Source: an uncultured delta proteobacterium
GTDB lineage: Bacteria > Myxococcota_A > Polyangia > Polyangiales > Polyangiaceae
DNA length: 64,000 bases
Assembly (NCBI GenBank): GCA_963782055.1
Contig: CAWAIF010000003.1
Coordinates: forward strand, 2,528,001 to 2,592,000
Reading direction: 5' to 3'
Shown here one piece after another: positions 33,368-45,926 of the stretch. The first letter of the stretch is position 1; every line of letters begins with the position of its first letter. The notes beneath the pieces were generated by a model. That model saw only the letters and a list, made by a program, of their open reading frames with translations, was not told the origin of the DNA and ran no database searches. The position numbers and the translations under genes are program-made.

Positions 33368-35905
33368 ATGCGCGCGATCTCCGTCGCGGCGCTCGTGCTC
33401 GCGCTGCCGGGCATGGCGCTCGCGCAGCGGTCCTTCGCGCGGCCGGGCGTGGCCCTGGCCGGTGCCGCCCAGGGGCACGCGGCGGGCGCCGGACGCGCGC
33501 CCGTGCCCATGGGGGGCGCGGGGGCGAGCAACGCCGGCGGGGCCTCGGGCGGGGCGGCGGGCGGCGCCGCGGCGGGCGGGGCGGCCGGCGGGGCGAGCCC
33601 GAAAATCGGGCCCGGCGGCAAGGCGCTCGGCGACACCAGCGACCTCCCCCAGTTCGAGGACAGCAAGTCGCTCGAGTACGCGCCGCGCAGCCCCAACTAC
33701 AAGGTCTCCTTCTCGCTCGAGGACGCCGACCTCCCCGAGCTGGTGCGCGTCATCGGCCAGCTCACCGGCAAGCGCTTCATCTTCGGCGGCAAGGTGCGCA
33801 ACATCAAGGCGTCCATCTACTCGCCGCAGAAGGTGACCGTCGCGGAGGCCTACCAGGCCTTCCTCTCCATCCTTCAGACCAACGGCCTGACGGTGGTGCC
33901 GCACGGGCGCTTCCTCAAGATCGTGGAGACGGGCGGCATCGCGACCGAGGCGACGCCCACCTACGGCGAGGGTCAGGCCGCCCCGAGTGAGGACCGCTAC
34001 GTCACGCGCCTCTACCGGCTGCAGCACGCGAGCGCCGACGAGGTGTCCAACGTGCTCGGCCACTTCAAGTCGAAGGACGGCGACATCACCGTCGCGGGCG
34101 ATCTGCTCATCATCACCGACACCGGCTCCAACATCCGCCGCATGATGCAGATCATCGACGAGGTGGACGTCGGCGAGGCCGGCGACCAGATGTGGATCGA
34201 GCCCATTCACTACGCCTCGGCGGCCGACATCGCCGCGCGGATCAACGAGCTCTTCGACCTCAAGGGCGGCAGCAGCCGCAGCGCGCCGGTCCGCCGCGGC
34301 GGGAAGGTCGTGGCGGCCTCCGCCGCCGGCGGCGGCTCGCTCCACGTCACCAAGGTCGTCGCCGACGACCGCACCAACTCGGTGGTGATCGTGGCGACGC
34401 AGGAGGCGTACCTGCGCATCCTGGAGTTCATCAAGCGCATGGACGTCCCGCAGACCGGCGAGGGCGAGATCCACGTGCTGCCCCTGCAGCACGCCGACGC
34501 CGTCGAGCTGACCAAGACGCTCAACGACATCGTGGGGGGCGCCGCCGGCGGCAAGGGCGCGCCGCGCGCCGGCGGCAACGTCGCCGCCAACGAGCAGGTG
34601 TTCGAGGGGCCGATCAAGCTGAGCGCGGACAAGGCGACGAACTCCATCGTCGTCACCTCCTCCCTGCGCGACTACGCCTCGCTGCGCGCGGTGGTGGACC
34701 GCCTCGACCAGCCCCGCCGTCAGGTGTTCATCGAGGCGGTGATCATGGACCTCTCGGTCAACCGCACCGACACGCTCGGCGTCAACTTCCACGCGGGCGC
34801 CCTCTTCGACTCCGGCATCGGCAACGGTCAGACCCTCGCCTACGGCGGCCTGAACCCGCTCAACACCATCCTGCCGCCCGGTGCGGGCACCGACCCGTCC
34901 ATCCTGCAGGGCCTGGCCCTCGGCCTGCGCGGCCCGGGCATCCCCGGCACCGAGACCCTGCTCGGCACCGGGCAGACGGTCCCCGCCTTCGGCGTGATCA
35001 TCAGCGCGCTCGCGACGACGGGCGACGTGGACGTGCTCTCCACCCCGCACATCCTGGCGACCGACAACGAGAAGGCGGTGATCAACGTCGGCGAGAACGT
35101 GCCGCTGCAGCAGAACATCGGCGGCATCCCCAGCACGACCAGCGGGGCCAACTCGCAGGTGCCCTCCTTCGGCTTCGGCTTCGGCGCCTCGCCGCAGCGC
35201 CAGGACGTGGGCACCAAGATCGAGATCACCCCCCACCTCAACGAGTCCAACGAGGTGCGGCTCGACCTCAACGAGGAGATCAGCGAGGCGCGCGAGCCGC
35301 AGGGCCAGCTCGGCGTGGTGCCGATCACCAAGCGCACCGCGCAGACCAAGCTCATCGTGCGAGACCAGGAGACGGTGGTCATCGGTGGCCTGATGCGCAA
35401 TCGCCTCGCCCACTCGCAGCAGAAGATCCCCGTGCTCGGTGACATCCCCGTGCTCGGGGCGCTCTTCCGCAAGAGCACCAACGTCATGGAGAAGTCCAAC
35501 CTGGTGCTCGTGCTGACGCCCTACATCATCCGCGAGCAGTCGGACCTGCGGACCATCTTCGAGCGCAAGATGCAGGAGCGGCAGGAGTTCCTCGACCGCT
35601 ACTTCGTCTTCTCCGACGAGCTCGACTACCAGCCGCCGAAGGACTACTCGCGCACCAACGGCCTGCTCGAGGACATCCGCACGACCTTCATGGGGCTGGA
35701 GGAGCAGCAGCGGCTGGACGACCTGACCCGCCCCAAGGAGCTGCAGACGCACGCGCCGAGTGAGCCGCTCGACCTGCCCATGCACCGCGACGAGACCGGC
35801 GCCGGGGCGAACCCGGCCCCCGCGGCCGCCGGCGGCGCGCCGCCGCCCCCGGCGAACATCACCGTCACCCCGAAGGTCCGGCGCGTCCAGCGCATCGAGA
35901 GGTGA
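33368..35905 (+). CDS. gspD: Type II secretion secretin GspD (alternative start 33290)
   Basis: N domains, QVFIEAVI, LSTPHILATDNEKA, KIPVLGDIPVLGALF. Confidence 0.95.
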   Translation: MRAISVAALVLALPGMALAQRSFARPGVALAGAAQGHAAGAGRAPVPMGGAGASNAGGASGGAAGGAAAGGAAGGASPKIGPGGKALGDTSDLPQFEDSKSLEYAPRSPNYKVSFSLEDADLPELVRVIGQLTGKRFIFGGKVRNIKASIYSPQKVTVAEAYQAFLSILQTNGLTVVPHGRFLKIVETGGIATEATPTYGEGQAAPSEDRYVTRLYRLQHASADEVSNVLGHFKSKDGDITVAGDLLIITDTGSNIRRMMQIIDEVDVGEAGDQMWIEPIHYASAADIAARINELFDLKGGSSRSAPVRRGGKVVAASAAGGGSLHVTKVVADDRTNSVVIVATQEAYLRILEFIKRMDVPQTGEGEIHVLPLQHADAVELTKTLNDIVGGAAGGKGAPRAGGNVAANEQVFEGPIKLSADKATNSIVVTSSLRDYASLRAVVDRLDQPRRQVFIEAVIMDLSVNRTDTLGVNFHAGALFDSGIGNGQTLAYGGLNPLNTILPPGAGTDPSILQGLALGLRGPGIPGTETLLGTGQTVPAFGVIISALATTGDVDVLSTPHILATDNEKAVINVGENVPLQQNIGGIPSTTSGANSQVPSFGFGFGASPQRQDVGTKIEITPHLNESNEVRLDLNEEISEAREPQGQLGVVPITKRTAQTKLIVRDQETVVIGGLMRNRLAHSQQKIPVLGDIPVLGALFRKSTNVMEKSNLVLVLTPYIIREQSDLRTIFERKMQERQEFLDRYFVFSDELDYQPPKDYSRTNGLLEDIRTTFMGLEEQQRLDDLTRPKELQTHAPSEPLDLPMHRDETGAGANPAPAAAGGAPPPPANITVTPKVRRVQRIER

Positions 35906-35906
35906 C

Positions 35907-37757
<1,851 letters not shown>

Positions 37758-37760
37758 CCC

Positions 37761-39197
37761 ATGGCGGTCTTCGAGTACCGCGGCCTGTTCGCTGCCACGG
37801 GCAAGCCGACGCACGGCTTCCGCGACGCGGACAACCCCAAGGCGCTGCGCGCGGCGCTCAAGCGCGAGGGGGTGCTGCTGACGAGCGCCGAGGAGGACAC
37901 CAAGGCGCGCGCGGGCGGGGCGCGCCGCTCGCTGGACGTCGCCGCCTTCTTCCAGCGGGTGAGCGTGGGCGACGTCGCGATGATGACGCGGCAGCTCGCC
38001 ACGCTCGTCGCCGCGGGCATCCCGCTGGTGGAGGCGGTCTCCGCGCTCACCGAGCAGGTGGAGAAGCCGGAGCTGCAGCGCGTGCTCACCCAGGTCCGCG
38101 ACCGCCTCAACGAGGGTCAGTCGCTGGCCAAGGCGCTCGAGCCGCACCCGCGCGTCTTCCCCAACCTGTACGTCAACATGGTCGCCGCGGGCGAGGCGTC
38201 CGGCACGCTGGAGCAGGTGCTCGAGCGGCTGAGCGACTTCATGGAGAACCAGGCCAAGCTGCGCAGCAAGGTGGGCGCGGCGCTCGCCTACCCGATCCTC
38301 ATGATGATCATCGGCACCGCCCTCATCAGCGTGATGATGATCGCCGTCGTGCCGAAGGTGACGAGCATCTTCGCCAGCCTGGACCGGGCGCTGCCCTGGT
38401 ACACCGCGCTGCTCATCCTCATCTCCAACGTCGTCAGCTCCAACCAGATGGTGGGCTTCGCGCTGACGGTCGCCACCATGTCCGTGGGCCGCAAGGCGAT
38501 GGCCTCCCCGCCCAAGAAGGAGCACGACCCCCGCGCGTCGAAGCAGGGCGCCTCGGGCGGGAACATCGTCTGGGTCACGGTCGCCGTCGTGCTCCTGCTG
38601 GTGATGGTGCTCGCCGGGTTCGCGGTGGAGTCCGTCGGCGCGTACTTCGTCGGCATCGGCCTCGGCCTCGTCGCCGGCCTGGCGGCGGCGCGCTTCGTCG
38701 CCTTCCTGAGCACCGAGGCGGGGCGCCTGTGGCGGGACACCTTCTTCCTGCGGCTCCCGCTCTTCGGCCCGCTGGTGCGGATGATCGCGGTGGCCCGCTT
38801 CTCGCGCACCCTCTCCACCCTGCTGCAGAGCGGCGTGCCCCTGCTCAAGGCGATGGACATCGTCAAGAACGTCCTGGACAACGCCAAGCTGGAGAGGGTC
38901 ATCGAGACCGCCATCGGGTCCATCCGCGAGGGCGAGTCCATCGCCGCGCCGCTCAAGCGCAGCGGGGACTTCCCCCCGATTGTCACCCACATGATCGCCG
39001 TCGGCGAGAAGAGCGGCCAGCTCGAGAACATGCTGGAGAACGTCGCGCGGGCCTACGACATGCAGGTGGACACCCGCGTGCAGGCGCTGACCAGCCTCCT
39101 CGAGCCGCTCATCATCGTCATGCTGGGCGGCGCGGTGGGCTTCATCGCCTTCTCCATCATGATGCCCCTCATCCAGATGAACGACTTCGTGCAGTGA
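37761..39197 (+). CDS. gspF: Type II secretion platform protein GspF
   Basis: TRQLATL, AGEASGTL, ALAYP, GEKSGQL, LLEP. Confidence 0.93.
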   Translation: MAVFEYRGLFAATGKPTHGFRDADNPKALRAALKREGVLLTSAEEDTKARAGGARRSLDVAAFFQRVSVGDVAMMTRQLATLVAAGIPLVEAVSALTEQVEKPELQRVLTQVRDRLNEGQSLAKALEPHPRVFPNLYVNMVAAGEASGTLEQVLERLSDFMENQAKLRSKVGAALAYPILMMIIGTALISVMMIAVVPKVTSIFASLDRALPWYTALLILISNVVSSNQMVGFALTVATMSVGRKAMASPPKKEHDPRASKQGASGGNIVWVTVAVVLLLVMVLAGFAVESVGAYFVGIGLGLVAGLAAARFVAFLSTEAGRLWRDTFFLRLPLFGPLVRMIAVARFSRTLSTLLQSGVPLLKAMDIVKNVLDNAKLERVIETAIGSIREGESIAAPLKRSGDFPPIVTHMIAVGEKSGQLENMLENVARAYDMQVDTRVQALTSLLEPLIIVMLGGAVGFIAFSIMMPLIQMNDFVQ

Positions 39198-39204
39198 GAA
39201 CCCC

Positions 39205-39615
39205 ATGGCGCAGAGCAAGCGAAACCGAGCCGTCTTCTTCCCGTGGGAGAAGCGCCGTGGCCTGCTCGGCTTCTTCGGCCGGGCGCGGGCGGGCTGGCTC
39301 GCCTTCGGGGCGCTCGTGGTCCTCGGCGTCGTGCTGGTGCACCGCCGGGAAGAGCACGACGCCTCCGTCCGGGCGACCCGGGCGACCATCACCTACGCGC
39401 ACGAGCTGGTCATGGCCTACCGCGCGGACCACGATGGCGGGTGCCCCAAGAACCTCGCCGACGTGGTGGCGGCCGGCTACGCCCATGACGTGCCGGTGGA
39501 CGCCTGGGGTCGCCCGCTACGGCTCACCTGCCCGGGCGTCCGCGACCCCAAGGGCTTCGACATCTCGAGCGACGGCCCGGACGGAATTCCCGGCGGGCTC
39601 GATCGTGTGGAGTAA
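39205..39615 (+). CDS. GspG-like domain protein without a canonical prepilin motif
   Basis: DAWGRP...ISSDGPDG C-terminal motif. Confidence 0.7.
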   Translation: MAQSKRNRAVFFPWEKRRGLLGFFGRARAGWLAFGALVVLGVVLVHRREEHDASVRATRATITYAHELVMAYRADHDGGCPKNLADVVAAGYAHDVPVDAWGRPLRLTCPGVRDPKGFDISSDGPDGIPGGLDRVE

Positions 39616-39651
39616 CGACGGACATCACGCTGTTCGACAGGAAGGACGAAC

Positions 39652-40086
39652 ATGAAATCGAACCACCGAGACTTTCGCACGATGGCCCTCATCCAGCGCC
39701 TCCGGCGCGCCCGCGAGCGCGGCGTGACGCTCGTCGAGATCCTCATCGTGCTCGCCATCGTCGGCCTCATCGCCGGCGGCATCGCCGTCTACGCCATCCC
39801 CAAGTTCATCCAGGCGCAGAAGGACAACACCAAGAACTCGGAGAAGGCGCTGCACGCCGTCGCCGAGGCGTGGCGCGCCAACCACGCCAACGATTGCCCG
39901 ACGGTGCAGCGGCTCAAGGAGGAGAAGGAGATCAGCGCCGCCTCCGACATCAACGACGCCTGGGGTCAGCCCTACAAGATCCAGTGCGACGACGAGGACA
40001 CCACCATCGTCAGCTTCGGGCCGGACAAGAAGGAAGGCACGCAGGACGACATCCGCTTCCCGGAGGCCACCGAGAAGACCGAATGA
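39652..40086 (+). CDS. gspG: Major pseudopilin GspG
   Basis: G|VTLVEILIV, DAWGQPY, SFGPD. Confidence 0.85.
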   Translation: MKSNHRDFRTMALIQRLRRARERGVTLVEILIVLAIVGLIAGGIAVYAIPKFIQAQKDNTKNSEKALHAVAEAWRANHANDCPTVQRLKEEKEISAASDINDAWGQPYKIQCDDEDTTIVSFGPDKKEGTQDDIRFPEATEKTE

Positions 40087-40856
40087 CCGGAGTCGCCCTC
40101 GCCCGCCCCCTGGACCTCCTCCACGCGCGCCGCCGCGCGGTGGCCCGCGTGCGCGCGGGGGGGCTCACCCTCGTCGAGATGCTGGTGGTGCTCGCCATCG
40201 TGGCGCTGCTCTTCGCCGGCGTGGTGATGGGCAGCGGGCAGCTCGCCGGGGCCAAGCTGAGCAAGGGCGTGACGACGCTCAACGGCCTCATCCGCGTGGC
40301 GTACGTGCGCGCGACGGTCACCGACAAGAGCCTGCGCATCGTCTTCGACCTGGACCACAGCACCTTCTGGCTGGAGGAGTCCGACCAACCGATGCTCGTC
40401 CAGGAGAAGGACGCGACGGGTACCGGAGGCGCCGACCCGATGACCGTCGCGGAGAAGGCGGCGATCGCCGAGGGCGATCGCATCATCAAGGGGCCGCAGG
40501 TGCCGCGTCCGCACTTCCACGCCGTGAAGCCCAGCCTGTACACGGCGGGCGACGAGAAGGGCACCGGTGTCGAGCGCTCGCTGCCCCGCGGCGTGACCTT
40601 CCGCCAGGTGGAGACGCCGCACGACGAGGCGGCGCGCACCAAGGGGCGCGCGTACCTGTACTTCTGGCCGGGCGGCATGACCGAGCGCGCGAGCATCGTG
40701 CTGCGCAAGGGCACGTCCACCGAGGACAACGACGCCATGACGCTGCTCGTCTCTCCGCTCACCGGCAAGGTGACGGTGAAGTCGGGGAGGGTGTCCTTGC
40801 CCACCATCAACGACGAGTCGGACCTCTCCGAGCGGGAGGACCACGGGACGCCATGA
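40083..40856 (+). CDS. gspH: Minor pseudopilin GspH
   Basis: G|LTLVEMLVV; gene order. Confidence 0.75.
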   Translation: MTGVALARPLDLLHARRRAVARVRAGGLTLVEMLVVLAIVALLFAGVVMGSGQLAGAKLSKGVTTLNGLIRVAYVRATVTDKSLRIVFDLDHSTFWLEESDQPMLVQEKDATGTGGADPMTVAEKAAIAEGDRIIKGPQVPRPHFHAVKPSLYTAGDEKGTGVERSLPRGVTFRQVETPHDEAARTKGRAYLYFWPGGMTERASIVLRKGTSTEDNDAMTLLVSPLTGKVTVKSGRVSLPTINDESDLSEREDHGTP

Positions 40857-41632
40857 GCACCCGTCTCCGCTCCGCTCGCCCGCGCGGCTTCTCGCTGCTG
40901 GAGGTCATGGTGGCCCTGGCCATCTTCGGCCTGATGATCTCCGGCATCCTGGCCGCGCAGGCCGGCCTCGCCGCCAGCAACAAGAAGGCGGCGAACATGG
41001 GCCAGGCGGTGAACCTGGCGCGCTGCCGCATGACCGAGGCGGAGGAGAAGCTCCTCAAGTTCGGCTACCCCGAGCTTGACGACATCGACGACGGCGCGCC
41101 CTGCTGCGACGGCATACAGTCCAGCACCTTCACCTGCGACACCAAGGTGGAGAAGATCATCCTGCCCGACCCGCCGGTGAGCACCTTCGGCGAGGACGGC
41201 GGCGCGTCTTCCCTCATCAACGCCTTCGGCCCCGACGCCGGGGCGGGCCCGGCGGGCAACGCCACGCTCAACTTCAACGGCGGCATCGGCAGCCTGGGCA
41301 GCGCCATCTCGCAGCAGACGGGCGGGCAGGGGGCGGCCGGCCTGGTGAACATGGCGATGGGCATGGTCTACCCGACGATGAAGCCCATGATGGAGTCCAG
41401 CATCCGGAAGGTCACCGTCACGGTGCACTGGAAGGAGGGGCCGAACCCGCAGACCTTCGATCTCGTCCAGTACGTCACCAACCCGCAGCGCGGCGGCTTC
41501 ATCTCCGGCGTGCCGTCCGCGGGCGGCGCCAACGGCGCGGCCGGCGCGACGGGCAACCCCGGCGGCTCCACCGGCACGCGCACCTCCGGCCCCGCCGCGG
41601 GTGGCATGAACGGCTTCGGGGGGCCGCGATGA
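40853..41632 (+). CDS. gspI: Minor pseudopilin GspI
   Basis: G|FSLLEVMVA; gene order. Confidence 0.75.
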   Translation: MSTRLRSARPRGFSLLEVMVALAIFGLMISGILAAQAGLAASNKKAANMGQAVNLARCRMTEAEEKLLKFGYPELDDIDDGAPCCDGIQSSTFTCDTKVEKIILPDPPVSTFGEDGGASSLINAFGPDAGAGPAGNATLNFNGGIGSLGSAISQQTGGQGAAGLVNMAMGMVYPTMKPMMESSIRKVTVTVHWKEGPNPQTFDLVQYVTNPQRGGFISGVPSAGGANGAAGATGNPGGSTGTRTSGPAAGGMNGFGGPR

Positions 41633-42336
41633 GAACCGTGCAATCTGCACGCAAGTCGCGCGCGCGCGGCCTCACGCTGGTGGAGGTGCTCGTCGCCCTC
41701 GCGGTGCTCAGCATGATCGGCGTGCTCCTCTACGGCGCCTTCGACTCCATGGCCCGCGGCAAGAAGGCGGAGGCCATCCGCGGCGACCGCGCGCGGGAGG
41801 GGCGCGCCGCGGTGCTGCGCATCGCCCGCGATCTCTCCAGCGCGTTCCTCTCCGCCCACAACCCCAACAACATCGCCCTGCAGACGCGCGTCGTCGCCTT
41901 CATCGGGCAGAGCGCCTCCCCCTTCGACCGCGTGGACTTCTCCGGCTTCGCCCACCAGCGGCTGGTGCGCGACAGCAAGGAGTCGGACCAGGCGGAGGTC
42001 GGCTACTTCGTCGTGCCGGACCCCGACGTGGACGGCAAAAACGACCTGGTGCGCCGGGAGCAGACCCCCGCCGACATGGAGCCCAGGCGCGGCGGCGTGG
42101 TCAACGTCCTCTGCGAGGACGTGGAGAGCTTCGACCTGCACTACCTCGACCCGACGACGGGCCAGTGGCTGGAGACGTGGGACTCCACCCAGGTCACCGC
42201 GCAGCAGAACCGCCTGCCGCTGGAGGTGCGCATCACCCTCACCCTCGCGCACGTGCCCGCCGGTCTCGAGCCCACCTACATGACCAAGGTCATGCTCCCC
42301 ATCCAGCAACCCCTCTCCTTCGGGATCCCGCAATGA
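41629..42336 (+). CDS. gspJ: Minor pseudopilin GspJ
   Basis: G|LTLVEVLVA; WDS...LPLEVRI. Confidence 0.8.
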   Translation: MRTVQSARKSRARGLTLVEVLVALAVLSMIGVLLYGAFDSMARGKKAEAIRGDRAREGRAAVLRIARDLSSAFLSAHNPNNIALQTRVVAFIGQSASPFDRVDFSGFAHQRLVRDSKESDQAEVGYFVVPDPDVDGKNDLVRREQTPADMEPRRGGVVNVLCEDVESFDLHYLDPTTGQWLETWDSTQVTAQQNRLPLEVRITLTLAHVPAGLEPTYMTKVMLPIQQPLSFGIPQ

Positions 42337-43781
42337 AGAGGGCGCGCGAGCACGCGAAGCGGGACGCCACCTGGGAGAGCGCGCGCGAGCGCCGCGCCGC
42401 CCGGGTGAAGCGCGCGCGCAAGCGTCGGGCGAAGGAGCGCGGGATCGCCCTCATCATGGTGCTGGGCGCGCTCTCCATCCTCACCGTCATGCTCGCCGAG
42501 TTCCAGGCGGACACCAGCGCCACCCTCGCCAGCGCGATGGCCGACCGCGATGGCGTGCAGGCGGAGTACATCGCCCGCAGCGCCGTCAACCTCTCCCGCC
42601 TGCTCATCGCGATGGAGCCGACGATCCGCCAGAGCATCGCCCCGCTCTTCATGCTGATGAAGCGCGCGCCTCCGCAGCTCCCCCTCTGGAAGTTCGCCGA
42701 CCGCATCCTCGCCCCCTTCAACGACAAGGCCTCCACCGACGAGTTCGCCTCCAGCGTGGGGGTGGACTTCGGCACGGGCAAGAACCTGGGCATGCCCGGG
42801 GGCCGCTTCGAGCTGCAGATCGTCGACGAGGACGCCAAGATCAACGTCAACCTGGGCGCCTCCAACGACATCGCCCACATCCGCCTCGCCAAGGAGCTGA
42901 TGGGGCTGATGGCGCCGCTGCAGTACAACCCGCTCTTCGAGCAGCGCGACTCGCAGGGCCAGTACAACAACCGCCTCACGGTGTGCCAGTCCATCATCGA
43001 CTGGGCGGACATCGACGAGCAGGCGTTCTCCTGCGACATGAGCCAGAACGCGCCCGCCGGCAACGCGGTGGAGGACTCCTACTACCAGCTCCTGAAGAAG
43101 CCATACCGCCGCAAGAACGCGCCCTTCGACTCCCTCCAGGAGCTGCACATGGTGCGCGGGATCAGCGACGACTTCTGGTCCACCTTCGTCGACCCCGACC
43201 CGACCAACCCCGACAAGCGCGTGATGACGGTGTGGGGGCAGGGGAAGGTCAACGTCAACAGCGCCAACGCGCAGACGCTGCTGGGGGTGGTGTGCTCCGG
43301 CGCGCCCGACGCGGGCGTCTGCAACGACCCCAACCAGGCGAGCCTGTTCCTGATGGGCGTGACGATGGCGAGCGGCGTCACCATGGGCGCGCCGCTCTTC
43401 GGCAGCCCCAAGGACTTCATCGCCACGATGGAGGGGAAGGGGATGCTCGGCCCCATGCTCGTCAAGATGGGCATGACGCCCGTCAAGTTCCTCTCCGAGA
43501 GCGAGTTCGCCAAGACCATCACCACCGAGAGCAAGGTCTTCAGCATCTACGCCGTGGGCATCATCAAGGGCTACAAGCGGCAGACGCGCCTGAGGATCCA
43601 CGCGGTGGTGGACTTCCGGCAGGCGCCCGCCCTCGGCGGGGGTCTGTTCCCCCAGCAGAAGGGCGTGGGCCTCGGCCAGCCGCCGCAGCAGACCAGCAAC
43701 AACCTCACCAGCGATCAGTCCATCCAGGCCGCGCTCACGCCCAGCACCGGCGGCACCATCCTCTACTATCGTATCGAGTAA
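42333..43781 (+). CDS. gspK: Minor pseudopilin GspK
   Basis: RG|IALIMVL, DEDAKINVN, KVNVNSA. Confidence 0.88.
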   Translation: MKRAREHAKRDATWESARERRAARVKRARKRRAKERGIALIMVLGALSILTVMLAEFQADTSATLASAMADRDGVQAEYIARSAVNLSRLLIAMEPTIRQSIAPLFMLMKRAPPQLPLWKFADRILAPFNDKASTDEFASSVGVDFGTGKNLGMPGGRFELQIVDEDAKINVNLGASNDIAHIRLAKELMGLMAPLQYNPLFEQRDSQGQYNNRLTVCQSIIDWADIDEQAFSCDMSQNAPAGNAVEDSYYQLLKKPYRRKNAPFDSLQELHMVRGISDDFWSTFVDPDPTNPDKRVMTVWGQGKVNVNSANAQTLLGVVCSGAPDAGVCNDPNQASLFLMGVTMASGVTMGAPLFGSPKDFIATMEGKGMLGPMLVKMGMTPVKFLSESEFAKTITTESKVFSIYAVGIIKGYKRQTRLRIHAVVDFRQAPALGGGLFPQQKGVGLGQPPQQTSNNLTSDQSIQAALTPSTGGTILYYRIE

Positions 43782-43809
43782 CCGGGTCCCGGACCCAGGA
43801 ACACGTCTC

Positions 43810-45342
43810 ATGCCGAAGTACGTCGGAATCGACATCGGAACCGCCAGCGTGAAGGTCGTCGTCGTCAAGTCGTCGTACCGCAAGCAGGAGGTGGAGGGGC
43901 TCGCCTCGGCGGAGATCACCGGGGACGTGCTGGTGGCGATCCGCGAGGCGACGCAGAAGGCGCTCGGCGGCGCCGGCGCGGGGGACGCGGTGGCCGCCGC
44001 GCTGCCCGGCACGCGCGCGGCGGTGCGCATCGTCTCCATCCCGGCGAGCGCGGAGCGGCAGCTCGCCGACGTGCTGCCCTTCGAGCTGGAGGCGCAGACG
44101 CCCTTCGACCTGGACGAGAGCGTGGTCGACTACCGCATCCTGGGCGGTGGCGCGCGTGGCGCGGGCGTGATGCATGCCGAGGAGGGCGCCCTCGCGGTGA
44201 TGGCGGTGGTCGCCAAGATCGAGGACGTGCGCGCGCGCATCGACCTGGTGCGCGACGCCGTCTCCGTCGAGCCAGAGCGCGTGGGCGTGGGCGGCTTCCC
44301 GCTGGCCAACCTGGCCCCCCTGGCGACCTCCCTCTCGGAGGAGGGCCCCGTCGCCCTGCTCGACCTCGGCACCCGCACAAGCGACCTGCTCGTCCTGCGC
44401 CGGGGGGAGACCGTCTTCTCGCGCACCCTGTCGCTGGGGACCGAGGGCCTGCCCGGCACCGCCGCGAAGCTGGCGCGGGAGGTGCGACTCTCCCTCTCCG
44501 CGCTGCAGGCGCAGGGCGTCGAGGCGCCCTTGCTCGTCTACCTCTGCGGCGGCGGCGCCTTCGTCTCCGGCGCGGAGTCCTTCCTCGCCGGCGAGCTGGA
44601 GCTGCCGGTCAAGCGCCTGCCGCAGCTCTCCGTCGATCTCGGCCCGCGCGCTGCCCCGGCGACGGACATGCCCCTGTATGCCAAGGCGCTCGGCCTGGCG
44701 ATGGGCCTGGCGACGCGCGGCCCCAGCTTCGATCTGCGCAAGGGCCCGCTCGTCTACGAGCGCGGCTTCGGCTGGCTCCGCGACAAGGTCCCGGTGCTCG
44801 TCGGCCTGGGGGCCGTCCTCGCCGTGAGCTTCATCTTCTCCTCGTGCACCGCCATCTACGCCGAATCGAAGGAGCGCTCCACGCTGGAGAGCGCCCTCGG
44901 GCAGGTGACGCAGGAGGTGCTCGGGGAGAAGACGACGAGCGCCACCCACGCCGAGGAGCTGCTCGCCCAGCAGGGCACCCCCGACGAGGACCCGCTCCCG
45001 CACGCCGACGCCTTCGACGTCATGGTGCGCCTCTCCGAGCATATCCCGCAGTCGATGACGCACGACATCGAGGAGCTGGACGTGCAGAAGGGCCACGTCA
45101 CGGTGCACGGCATCGTCGGGAGCATCCCCGACGCGCAGTCCATCGCGGAGTCGCTCTCCAAGAACGAGCCGTGCTTCGACGACGTGAAGATCACCCGCAC
45201 CAACCAGGTCGTCGGCGGGGACCGGCAGAAGTACGTGCTGGAGTTCGACCTCAAGTGCCCGGAAGATCAGCACGCGAAGAAGAAGAAGAAGAAGAGCTCG
45301 GCGGGGACGAGCAGCTCCGCCTCGGCCGGAGGGGGTAAGTGA
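43810..45342 (+). CDS. gspL: GspL (PilM/actin-like N-terminus)
   Basis: VGIDIGTASVK, LPFELE; single TM. Confidence 0.8.
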   Translation: MPKYVGIDIGTASVKVVVVKSSYRKQEVEGLASAEITGDVLVAIREATQKALGGAGAGDAVAAALPGTRAAVRIVSIPASAERQLADVLPFELEAQTPFDLDESVVDYRILGGGARGAGVMHAEEGALAVMAVVAKIEDVRARIDLVRDAVSVEPERVGVGGFPLANLAPLATSLSEEGPVALLDLGTRTSDLLVLRRGETVFSRTLSLGTEGLPGTAAKLAREVRLSLSALQAQGVEAPLLVYLCGGGAFVSGAESFLAGELELPVKRLPQLSVDLGPRAAPATDMPLYAKALGLAMGLATRGPSFDLRKGPLVYERGFGWLRDKVPVLVGLGAVLAVSFIFSSCTAIYAESKERSTLESALGQVTQEVLGEKTTSATHAEELLAQQGTPDEDPLPHADAFDVMVRLSEHIPQSMTHDIEELDVQKGHVTVHGIVGSIPDAQSIAESLSKNEPCFDDVKITRTNQVVGGDRQKYVLEFDLKCPEDQHAKKKKKKSSAGTSSSASAGGGK

Positions 45343-45926
45343 TGGCCGCCGCGATCTTCGAGCGCATGGGCCTCAACGCCCGCGAGCAGCGCCTCGCCCA
45401 GGTGCTGATCATCGTCTTCGGCGTGATGCTCTTCTTGGGCCTGCCGCTCGGCCTGGAGTCGTACGTGGCGAGCAAGCGCTCGAGCAACGACGAGCTCCGC
45501 CAGGCGCTGGAGGACGTGCAGACCGGGCGGGCCGCGGTGCGCGACCGCGAGGCCAAGAAGGAGGCGATCGCCATGCGCTACCAGAGCAAGGCGCCGGAGC
45601 TCGCCGGGTTCCTGGAGCAGGAGGCGCGCAAGCAGAAGCTGGAGGTGACCGACTCGGTCGACCGCCCGCCGGTGCCGCACGGCAAGCGCTACACCGAGCG
45701 CAGCACCATCATCCACCTGAAGAAGGCGGGGCTGCTCGCCATCAGTGAGTTCATGCAGTCCATCGAGCAGTCGGAGAGCCCCATCTCGATCAACCGGCTG
45801 AACATCCGCAAGCGCACCGGCGAGCCGGACTCGTACGACGTGGAGATGGGCGTCTCGGCGTACGACCGCGTGGAGAAGCCCGCCGCCGCGGCGTCCTCCG
45901 CCGCGCCGAAGGGGGGCAAGCCGTGA
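45342..45926 (+). CDS. gspM: GspM
   Basis: LNAREQR followed by a TM and coiled coil; gene order. Confidence 0.7.
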   Translation: MAAAIFERMGLNAREQRLAQVLIIVFGVMLFLGLPLGLESYVASKRSSNDELRQALEDVQTGRAAVRDREAKKEAIAMRYQSKAPELAGFLEQEARKQKLEVTDSVDRPPVPHGKRYTERSTIIHLKKAGLLAISEFMQSIEQSESPISINRLNIRKRTGEPDSYDVEMGVSAYDRVEKPAAAASSAAPKGGKP

